From positions 1,950-65,949 of the forward strand of contig CAZTQB010000005.1 of assembly GCA_964615775.1 (NCBI GenBank): a DNA stretch of 64,000 nucleotides. The letters run 5' to 3'. The stretch comes from an uncultured Candidatus Saccharibacteria bacterium. Its GTDB lineage: Bacteria > Patescibacteriota > Saccharimonadia > Saccharimonadales > 2-12-FULL-41-12. The position numbers and the translations under genes were made by a program. Below, piece after piece: positions 47,227 to 54,771 of the stretch; position 1 is the stretch's first letter, and every line of letters starts with the position of its first letter. Under the pieces are notes generated by a model. It saw nothing but the letters and a program-made list of their open reading frames with translations. It had not been told where the DNA came from and searched no databases.

Positions 47227-48696
47227 ATGGATGAGTCTTTACACTTTCCGATATCTATTGTAATTCTGCACTTAATTAACCTATTTTGCTTGATTTTACT
47301 TATTCGGAGCGGTGTACAGATATTATACGACCACCCCAAACTTTATTGGACTGACGATACTACTGATGATAATCACTGGTTGCGATTTGGTAAAAAAATT
47401 ATGCCTAAAGACAAACTTTGGACATCGCTTGACGAGGCTGAAGATCCTGGCAAGCTAGCTCTGCCGGGTGGTACTCATAATCTTGGTGCGGCCAGGCATT
47501 GGCACTTTACAACCGCAATAATATGGGTAGTTACTGGACTTATCTATGTTTCTTATTTGTTTGTTAGTGGGCAATGGCAACGTCTATTACCGACCGATGT
47601 AGGTGTAGTTGGTCGAGCGTTTGATGTTATGCATAGTTATCTGACACTAAATATCCCTGCAGAAGGTGCAACTTATAATGCCTTACAACAACTGAGCTAT
47701 GCTGGCGTTATTTTCATTTTAGCACCTTTATCGATCTTAACTGGTCTAGCTTTATCGCCTGCTTTAGTGGCAAAATATCCTGGCTTTTTGAAGATTTTTG
47801 GCAATCGCCGGCAAGTTGCTCGTAGTCTGCATTTTATCGCTATGGGGCTTTTCTCGATGTTTATTATCGTTCATGTAACTATAGCTATTGGGCTACATTT
47901 TTATGACAGTATCAAGCTAATTACGTTCGGTAACACTGATGTTGATTTTGCACTGGCTCTAACAGTCTTTTTGATGGCCATAATTTTGCTTGTGGTATTC
48001 AATATTTGGGCATCGCTCTTTACGCTCAACAACCAAGCTCGTCTCCGGACGATTCTTACTCGGTTTTATACACCTGTCGTCAGACTATTGTTGGGAAATA
48101 TGAAGTCAAATCAGCACTATAGCAAAAAAGATATTTCACCGTTTTTTAGGGTTAATGGTTACCCGCCAAATACCGAAGAATACTCGAAGCTAAAAAGCAA
48201 TGATTTTAAAAATTGGAAGCTTAAAGTACATGGCTTGGTTGATAAGCCTCTAGAAATGTCGCTTGATGAAATTAAGTCGCTGCACAAACAAGACCAGATA
48301 ACTAAGCATAATTGTATTCAGGGCTGGACAGCTGTTGCCGAATGGGGAGGTTTACCAATGCGAGATTTGGTGAAGTTATGTAAGCCACAAAAATCAGCCA
48401 AGTATGTAATATTTCATTGCTATGATATTGATGAGCATGGCCGACCTTACTACACTGGGCTTCGACTAGACGACATGTATGATAAACAGACAATTTTGGC
48501 ATACGAAATGAATGGTGAGCCATTATCAATTGAACATGGTGCACCAGTACGTTTGAGGTGCGAGAAAAAATATGGCTATAAAATGGCGAAATACATTAAA
48601 TCTATTGAGTTTGTTGATAGTTTTGAACATATTGGCCTGGGTCGTGGTGGATACCGCGAAGATACGGTGTTCTTTGATTGGGAAGCAGCTATATAA
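47227..48696 (+). CDS. Fused b-type cytochrome membrane domain / sulfite-oxidase-family molybdopterin oxidoreductase (MsrP/YedY-like)
   Basis: N-terminal ~270 aa form 5-6 TM with conserved His (HWHFTTAIIW, HFIAMGLF..HVTIAIGLH). The C-terminal domain 'ITKHNCIQGWTAVAEWGGLPMRDL' matches the YedY-type Mo-Cys context (RC[VI][EQ].WS....W.G.P). 'HGAPVRLRCEKKYGYKMAKYI' is also present. Confidence 0.78.
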   Translation: MDESLHFPISIVILHLINLFCLILLIRSGVQILYDHPKLYWTDDTTDDNHWLRFGKKIMPKDKLWTSLDEAEDPGKLALPGGTHNLGAARHWHFTTAIIWVVTGLIYVSYLFVSGQWQRLLPTDVGVVGRAFDVMHSYLTLNIPAEGATYNALQQLSYAGVIFILAPLSILTGLALSPALVAKYPGFLKIFGNRRQVARSLHFIAMGLFSMFIIVHVTIAIGLHFYDSIKLITFGNTDVDFALALTVFLMAIILLVVFNIWASLFTLNNQARLRTILTRFYTPVVRLLLGNMKSNQHYSKKDISPFFRVNGYPPNTEEYSKLKSNDFKNWKLKVHGLVDKPLEMSLDEIKSLHKQDQITKHNCIQGWTAVAEWGGLPMRDLVKLCKPQKSAKYVIFHCYDIDEHGRPYYTGLRLDDMYDKQTILAYEMNGEPLSIEHGAPVRLRCEKKYGYKMAKYIKSIEFVDSFEHIGLGRGGYREDTVFFDWEAAI

Positions 48697-48719
48697 AATA
48701 AATTTTCTGTAAATTAATT

Positions 48720-49925
48720 ATGGCAAAAAAACAAAAAAACAAAAAAACAAAAAACTCAAAGTACATAGCTCTTACGCTGGCTGTAGCTGCGTTAGTGGTA
48801 AATTTTTGGGCTTGGTCACTACTGAGTCCTTTAGGCACAGTTTATGCTAATGAGTTTTCGCTTAGCTCGATACAGTTATCTTTATTGTTGGCTGTTCCAG
48901 TATTGGTCGGATCACTTGGCAGAATCATATTTGGCATTATTACCGACAAAATTGGCGGCCGTAGGGCTTTCACGCTTATTTGTTTGGTGTGTGCAGTTCC
49001 AGTATTTGGCTTGATGATGGCAAACACTTACTATCAGCTATTACTAATAGCTTTTTTGCTTGGTGTTGGTGGTGCAGCTTTTGTGGTGGGAATTCCATTT
49101 GTCGGTGCTTGGTTCCCGCCGGAACGCAGAGGACTGGTGCTAGGTATTTATAGTATGGGAAATGCTGGTACGGCTCTGTCTGGCTTTGCTACGCCACGAC
49201 TAGCAGATTACTTAGGCAGGGACATAACTTTTTTGATTGTTGGCCTATTGTTAGTATTTATGGCAGTATTATTTTTAATAATTGGTCAAAATGCTCCAGG
49301 CTGGAAACCACCAAAAACTTCGTCTCTAAGTTCTCTAAAAAAAGCGATGAAGTTTCAAGTAACCTGGGATTTGTCGGCCGTTTATATCATAACTTTTGGA
49401 GCATTTGTGGCTTTTGGTGTTTATTTGCCGGTATTGCTAAAAACCACCTACAACCTATCATTGACAGACGCAGCAACAAAAGCTGCTGGTTTTGTGCTGC
49501 TGGCAACTATTGCTCGCCCAGTTGGCGGTTGGTTGAGTGATAAAATTGGCGGTCGTTTAGTCATAAAAGCCTCTCTTTTAGGAGTAATAATCCTAGCATG
49601 TTTTGTTGCCTTTCAGTCTACGCTTGGGGTTAAAGCAACGATAGTCTATTTATCACTGGCGTTTATACTGGGTTGTTCCAACGGTGCGGTATTTGCACTT
49701 GTTGGTAGGTCGGTCAGTGCCGATATTATGGGCAGTGTCACCGGAGTCATTGGTGCGGTCGGTGGCTTAGGCGGTTTCTTGCCCCCGCTAGTGCTTGGTT
49801 TAACCTATCAAAAAACTCACTCATACGCTCCAGCACTAATCATGCTAGCTATTAGTGCATTCGTTGTTTTAGTGTATGTAAACTGGCGTTTCCGAGATAA
49901 AGTACTATATCATAGGTGTATATAG
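48720..49925 (+). CDS. MFS transporter, nitrate/nitrite porter (NarK/NNP)-like
   Basis: 12 TM. Gly-rich NNP-type signatures 'GIYSMGNAGTALSG' and 'VIGAVGGLGGFLPP'. Confidence 0.75.
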   Translation: MAKKQKNKKTKNSKYIALTLAVAALVVNFWAWSLLSPLGTVYANEFSLSSIQLSLLLAVPVLVGSLGRIIFGIITDKIGGRRAFTLICLVCAVPVFGLMMANTYYQLLLIAFLLGVGGAAFVVGIPFVGAWFPPERRGLVLGIYSMGNAGTALSGFATPRLADYLGRDITFLIVGLLLVFMAVLFLIIGQNAPGWKPPKTSSLSSLKKAMKFQVTWDLSAVYIITFGAFVAFGVYLPVLLKTTYNLSLTDAATKAAGFVLLATIARPVGGWLSDKIGGRLVIKASLLGVIILACFVAFQSTLGVKATIVYLSLAFILGCSNGAVFALVGRSVSADIMGSVTGVIGAVGGLGGFLPPLVLGLTYQKTHSYAPALIMLAISAFVVLVYVNWRFRDKVLYHRCI

Positions 49926-50672
49926 ATGGAAACTTACACTTTATTAAAGCAAAAGCATTTAGTCATGGTGCGGCACGGAGAGAGTGAGGGTGATGTGCGG
50001 CGAGCCTCAAAGAAATCTCGTAAAGAAGGTCAAAAACATCCTAGAGATGAGGGTCAGACAGAACTGGGTCATGAACAATCACATATAGCAGGGTTATGGA
50101 TTTCAAAATTTATTCTGCAAAAGTACAATTTGAACCAATTTGATGCCTACCTTACTTCCCCACTAATTAGGACAAAACAATCAACTATCTCACTGAGCGT
50201 AAGTAATAGCTGGACAGAAGATTTACGGTTAGCTGAGCGTGATCGTGGCGATATACAAGGACTAAATAGAAACCAACACAAAGATCAATATCCAGAAAGC
50301 TATAAAACTATGCAAGAACATCCATTCTACTGGGTGCCTCCTAGTGGCGAGTCGCTGCTGAGAGTGTCGATGAGGTTTAGTGAATTAATCAATGAAATCA
50401 CTAAGAAATATAGCTCTATACTCATGATGACCCACAGAGATGTTATGTGGGCATCGCATGTACCTCTTGGGGGGGGGTTAGATGAGATTGAAGAGGTTGA
50501 TACTGACAAAATCGGTAATAGTCATATTTTTCACTTTACCAATATTAATCCAAGTGATGGAACATTAAGTCCGGACTTAAACTGGAAAATGTCTGTTGAT
50601 CCACTCAAAACAAATGGCAAAGAAGAATGGATTGATCTTAGAAAAGCGAAATCTAGTCAAATAATCTCATAA
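49926..50672 (+). CDS. Histidine phosphatase (phosphoglycerate-mutase-like) family protein
   Basis: 'LVMVRHGESEGD' (RHG motif) and 'MMTHRDVM'. The ATG directly abuts the upstream TAG. Contains a G9 tract. Confidence 0.78.
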   Translation: METYTLLKQKHLVMVRHGESEGDVRRASKKSRKEGQKHPRDEGQTELGHEQSHIAGLWISKFILQKYNLNQFDAYLTSPLIRTKQSTISLSVSNSWTEDLRLAERDRGDIQGLNRNQHKDQYPESYKTMQEHPFYWVPPSGESLLRVSMRFSELINEITKKYSSILMMTHRDVMWASHVPLGGGLDEIEEVDTDKIGNSHIFHFTNINPSDGTLSPDLNWKMSVDPLKTNGKEEWIDLRKAKSSQIIS

Positions 50673-50744
50673 AAATATAAATTTAATAATTGGACTTTTA
50701 GAACTGTGTGATATTTGCTGGATATGCTTTAGAGGTTTTCCGAC

Positions 50745-50933
50745 TTATTTTTTGAAACTACCTATCATTGCTCTTAACCCGGTCTCATAATCTGTGGTAA
50801 TAAAGTTTGGAAACTTTGTTCTAAATTTTTTATCGGTCATGATGTATGGGTTGTCGAACTGATATAACATCTCCTTCGCTTCCCTGACGATTGGAACTAA
50901 CAAAGCTATTACATTTAACATTGGTCGCGGCAT
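50745..50933 (-). pseudogene. Probable C-terminal fragment of an NAD-dependent epimerase/SDR-type gene
   Basis: The 62-aa ORF 'LYQFDNPYIMTDKKFRTKFPNFITTDYETGLRAMIGSFKK' looks like only the extreme C-terminus of extended-SDR/epimerase-type proteins. No Rossmann part is present. Confidence 0.35.
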
Positions 50934-50960
50934 AACTGAAATTTTATACGACGAACCCTA

Positions 50961-51010
50961 TATTCTCATACGCAGTAGCCTATTTCGATGGAAAAAAGAT
51001 ATTCTTTTGT
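50961..51010 (+). pseudogene. Fragment of a HAM1/RdgB-type pyrophosphatase gene
   Basis: 50961-50991 is identical (31/31 nt) to 54506-54536 inside the intact HAM1-like gene and encodes the same 'SYAVAYFDG'. About 20 further nt are similar but diverged. Confidence 0.6.
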
Positions 51011-51011
51011 T

Positions 51012-51530
51012 CTAAGGTTTTAGATAACTATCAAAAGGACGTACGTAGTGGCATGTATAACCGCTTGGATTGTTTTGTAAATAATCTTGATGGTAATCTT
51101 CGGCTGTCCAAAATTTTGTGAATGCTTCGAGTGTGGTGACCACAGGACTATGCCAATTATTTGATTTATCAACTAATTTGATCATTTTTTTAGCATCTGA
51201 AAGCTCTGATTGGTTTTGGTAGAATATTGCTGACCTGTATGATGATCCAGTATCGTTGCCTTGACGATTGAGCGTAGTCGGGTCATGTATTCTAAAGAAA
51301 TAATCAAGAATGTGAATATATGAGGTCTTAGAATCATCATAGCTTACCTTTAATCCTTCGGCATGGCCCGGGTGATTGTGGTAGTTTGGATTGTCATTTG
51401 AGCCACCTATATAACCTACTTCAGTATCAACAACTCCTGGTTGCTGTCTCATCAAATCTTCTAAACCCCAAAAGCAGCCACCTGCTAAATATGCTTTTTT
51501 AATCATGTCTAATTTTATATTTTTTATCAA
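51012..51530 (-). CDS. msrA: Peptide-methionine (S)-S-oxide reductase
   Basis: 'AYLAGGCFWGLE' active site. The true start may be the internal Met at 51506. Confidence 0.93.
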   Translation of the reverse strand: MIKNIKLDMIKKAYLAGGCFWGLEDLMRQQPGVVDTEVGYIGGSNDNPNYHNHPGHAEGLKVSYDDSKTSYIHILDYFFRIHDPTTLNRQGNDTGSSYRSAIFYQNQSELSDAKKMIKLVDKSNNWHSPVVTTLEAFTKFWTAEDYHQDYLQNNPSGYTCHYVRPFDSYLKP

Positions 51531-51882
51531 AATCTAGTGATAATGAGTTAATGCAATAACGTACGCCTGTCGTTTCTTTTGGTCCATCATTAAATATATG
51601 ACCTAAATGTCCGCCACATTTTGCACAGACTACTTCTGTACGCCGCATACCGTGGGATTTGTCGATGACTTGTTTTATGGAATTCGGCAAAGCATGATCG
51701 AAACTTGGCCAGCCCGAGCCTGAGTCAAATTTTGTATCAGATGAAAAAAGCTGGGAATTACAGGCCGCACATTTGTATGTACCATTTTCTTTATTATGCA
51801 GGAACTTACCGCTATAAGGTGCTTCCGTAGCTTTATCTATTAAAACGGCTTTTTGCTCATTGGTTAAATGATTGTACTGCAT
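51499..51882 (-). CDS. msrB: Peptide-methionine (R)-S-oxide reductase
   Basis: ATG at 51882 is preceded by GGAAAGGAG. Zn-Cys pairs 'CAACNSQLF' and 'CAKCGGHLGHIF', plus 'GWPSF'. Confidence 0.93.
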   Translation of the reverse strand: MQYNHLTNEQKAVLIDKATEAPYSGKFLHNKENGTYKCAACNSQLFSSDTKFDSGSGWPSFDHALPNSIKQVIDKSHGMRRTEVVCAKCGGHLGHIFNDGPKETTGVRYCINSLSLDFDKKYKIRHD

Positions 51883-51950
51883 TATTTTCTCCTTTCCAGA
51901 TTTTACTAACTCCAAAGTATAAACACATTAATCATTATACCTGTCTTGCA

Positions 51951-52126
51951 TGTTAAAACTTGCAAATAACATTGAAGATCTGTACTTAAAAGTTGACCGA
52001 GATCAAAAGCGGTCTATTTTAAATCTCATAGTCTCGAACTTTCAGTTAGAAGACAAATTACTGAGGTGGAAATACAAAAAGCCATTCGATTTGATGGCTT
52101 TTTGTGCTAAAAATGCAAATTGGCTC
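51951..52126 (+). repeat. Direct repeat copy 1 (176 bp; serine-recombinase 3'-end remnant)
   Basis: Hand alignment to 54863-55038 gives 168/176 identical, with 1 mismatch in the last 127 nt. Encodes 'LKLANNIEDLYLKVDRDQKRSILNLIVSNFQLEDKLLRWKYKKPFDLMAFCAKNANWL'. Confidence 0.85.
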
Positions 52127-52496
52127 ACGTTAGTGGAAGAGCTAGAGGAGAGTTTTAAACACCCAACAGAGGTGGACGCTCTCACAACTTGCTCCCTCTC
52201 TGCAATTGAAAGCCTACTCCCCCCCTGCTAATAATCCAATCACAGATTGACAATCATGATTACGAGTCTGGATCAGGGCGTCGTACAATGTCGAATATTG
52301 TGCGATGACCCCAGCGAGTAGTTCGTATGTCGTAAAAGAACTTTTGCGACCATACCCCTACCTCCCCTTTGACACTTCTGTTTTTCTAGATTCAGTTCTC
52401 ACGCAAATTTTTTATTACTTCTATACATCCGACAAATGACCTCTGTTGTAAAAAAATGAGTAATATGTCATTATAGAATCAAGAAAGGAAGATGTA

Positions 52497-52934
52497 ATGA
52501 GTAGCCACGATATTGAAACTACTGACTACGATTCTACCCTTAGACTTTACAATTTAGACCTCAGACATAAGGTACGAGGTGTTTGGGATGAAAATATCCC
52601 TATAATTAACCATACCGTTATTGAAGCGCGTGGTCTATCACGATCATTTCTTGACTCATCAAAAAAACTAAGGGCAGCTTGTGATCAATTTTGTAATGAG
52701 GCTAATCTGAAGGTTGTAGAGCGAAGTGTGCATAACTTTAAGCCTGTAGGAAAAACGGTTTTCTATGTTTTAGAAGAAAGTCATATTTCTATGCATACAT
52801 GGCCAGAGAGTGGCTATATACACGTCGACTTAGTAACTTGTACAAAAAATGAATTGACGCCTTTAGAAATGGCCACAATCTTTGATAAATGTTTTAAGCC
52901 AACCCATATCAGACACATAAAGATGAGGTACTAG
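52497..52934 (+). CDS. speH: Pyruvoyl-dependent S-adenosylmethionine decarboxylase proenzyme (small prokaryotic class)
   Basis: 'FYVLEESHISMHTWPESGYIHVDLVTC' is the self-cleavage (E-S) and active-site signature of bacterial/archaeal AdoMetDC. 145 aa. Confidence 0.85.
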   Translation: MSSHDIETTDYDSTLRLYNLDLRHKVRGVWDENIPIINHTVIEARGLSRSFLDSSKKLRAACDQFCNEANLKVVERSVHNFKPVGKTVFYVLEESHISMHTWPESGYIHVDLVTCTKNELTPLEMATIFDKCFKPTHIRHIKMRY

Positions 52935-52938
52935 TTTC

Positions 52939-53622
52939 ATGTTAAATCATAAGGATGTTTTAAAGAACGCACAGATAATTGCAAGCCAGCGTCCCACTGC
53001 CGATTTATCAGTGGAGCAATACTTGATGACCGCAGAGAGTCTCGCTAGACAGGTAAGTTGTTTGCAGAATGTCTTTTTAGACAAAAAGGTATTGCATATT
53101 GGTGATGACGACCATCTGTCAGTACTCTTTGCATTATACCTAAACTGTCATCCTGTCATTTTAGAGTACGATCCAAGAGTAAGGAAAAGTTTGCGGTCTA
53201 GCTTTAGTAGTTTTCGTATACAAAACTACTCAATTCTTAAGTATGATGTAAGAGAATTCATACCGAACGGAGTAAAAGCTGACACGTTTTACATTAATCC
53301 ACCTTACTCATCTAAAAATAATGGTAAGGGCGTTAAAGTATGGGTAAGCAGAGCATCTCAAGCAATACCGATTGGCTCAACTTCAGTATTAGCTTATCCG
53401 ATTGATGAAACGTTACCCTGGACTATATCTTGTCTCAAAGAGATAGTCGATTACGCATACCAGTGCGGCTTAATGATCGTAGACATCAATAGAGATATAC
53501 ATACATACGAATATTTACCAAAAGACCCAGGATTATTATCGTCTAATATATATCTATATAAATTTAAAGAGTGCATAGCTCCAGAAATAGAAGATATAGA
53601 TGGCGAATCATTATATAGATAA
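52939..53622 (+). CDS. DUF43/BpsA-like aminopropyltransferase-fold protein (GDDD + NPPY motifs)
   Basis: 'VLHIGDDDHLSVLFAL' carries the GDDD motif of branched-chain polyamine synthase BpsA/DUF43. 'DTFYINPPYSS' is an (D/N)PPY amino-group-transferase motif. At 227 aa it comprises only the catalytic domain. Confidence 0.6.
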   Translation: MLNHKDVLKNAQIIASQRPTADLSVEQYLMTAESLARQVSCLQNVFLDKKVLHIGDDDHLSVLFALYLNCHPVILEYDPRVRKSLRSSFSSFRIQNYSILKYDVREFIPNGVKADTFYINPPYSSKNNGKGVKVWVSRASQAIPIGSTSVLAYPIDETLPWTISCLKEIVDYAYQCGLMIVDINRDIHTYEYLPKDPGLLSSNIYLYKFKECIAPEIEDIDGESLYR

Positions 53623-54178
53623 AAAGGGTGAGCTTATTGCTGTGTGTGGCAGTTCAGGTTCGGGGAAAAGCACACTTGTAAGGTATGCCTTATCTACAAT
53701 GGTCGATAATCTAGACTATATGAAGACGATAACCACGAGAGAGCCAAGACCTCACGAAGACGATGTTGAGTACACATTTGCCACAAGCTCAGAGTACGAT
53801 CGGATGAGAGATCGGGCCTCCGTGTGGGATGAGTCACTCATCTATGGAAATCGTTATGGCGTCAATGCCTCATTCTATATAGAGGAAATCAGAAAAGGAA
53901 GAAATTTAATTTTTTGTAGCGTACCTTCATCGACTATCCTCGATGGTATGTGTCAAGTATATGGGAAAATTACAACTGTACATCTAAAAACAGATCTTGA
54001 AACATCATTTGAGCGTCAAAAAATGAGAGATGGAGTAAAAAATCTTGGACGCCTTGCCGTCGATAGAGCAATGGACGTGCAAAAAGCCTTCACTGCTGAC
54101 TACATTATGCAGCCTACTGGAGTCATTGATGATGATAAAGCAGAATTTTTAAAGATAATAATGGGGATAATTGAATGA
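53600..54178 (+). CDS. Guanylate-kinase-like nucleoside monophosphate kinase
   Basis: 'VCGSSGSGKSTL' P-loop, 'TTREPRPHEDDVEYTFATSSEYDRM' and 'YGNRYGV' follow the Gmk pattern (TTR.PR..E..G..Y.F; GN.YGT) but are divergent. Overlaps the upstream gene by 23 nt. Confidence 0.72.
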   Translation: MANHYIDKKGELIAVCGSSGSGKSTLVRYALSTMVDNLDYMKTITTREPRPHEDDVEYTFATSSEYDRMRDRASVWDESLIYGNRYGVNASFYIEEIRKGRNLIFCSVPSSTILDGMCQVYGKITTVHLKTDLETSFERQKMRDGVKNLGRLAVDRAMDVQKAFTADYIMQPTGVIDDDKAEFLKIIMGIIE

Positions 54179-54762
54179 ATCAACCAAAAGAAATTTATTT
54201 CGTCACATCAAATAAAAAAAAGTTTGCGAGTCTTAAAAATCAGCTGGAGACGGTAGATATTACCTTAAAACAACTTGCATTTGATTTTGACGAAGGACGA
54301 GATTTAAACATTGAAGCAGTTGCAAAATACAAGTTAACTCAGGCAAAAAAAGCATTTCCTAACAAGAAGTTGATTGTAGACGATAGAGGTTTTTTCATCC
54401 CAGCTCTTAATGGCTTTCCCGGTCCATTTGTAAAGCTATTGCTAGATAGTTTTAGCTACAAAGGGCTTATAAAACTCATGGCAGGCGAAAAAGATCGAAG
54501 TGCAGTATTCTCATACGCAGTAGCCTATTTCGATGGCAAAGAAGATGTCGTTTTTGTAGCAGATGAAACAGGTTTTATTACTAATGAACCAAAAGGTGAG
54601 AATTTGCATGGCTGGACAGAACTACTATACATCTATGGCCATCCAAGTTTTCCGAGTAGAAGCCTGGCTGAATTAGATGATAGCGAATGGAAAGATTACC
54701 TAGCTGCAATCGACGATGTTGACCCATTTTCTTTATTGAAGAAACACTTTCTTAAAAGTTAA
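54175..54762 (+). CDS. HAM1/RdgB-family non-canonical purine NTP pyrophosphatase
   Basis: 'IYFVTSNKKKFASL' and 'VDDRGFFIPALNGFPGPFVK' are HAM1-like motifs. ATGA overlap with the upstream gene. Confidence 0.85.
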   Translation: MNQPKEIYFVTSNKKKFASLKNQLETVDITLKQLAFDFDEGRDLNIEAVAKYKLTQAKKAFPNKKLIVDDRGFFIPALNGFPGPFVKLLLDSFSYKGLIKLMAGEKDRSAVFSYAVAYFDGKEDVVFVADETGFITNEPKGENLHGWTELLYIYGHPSFPSRSLAELDDSEWKDYLAAIDDVDPFSLLKKHFLKS

Positions 54763-54771
54763 TAAAATTAA

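Noticed and set aside
51950-52231. 93-aa ORF (and its twin 54892-55074) listed in the ORF track as possible genes
   Set aside because: Both are only the repeated 3' tail of a serine recombinase gene. The first is fused to unrelated downstream sequence and the second to the tRNA-Asn antisense. Neither has a catalytic domain, so they are annotated as remnants and repeats rather than genes.
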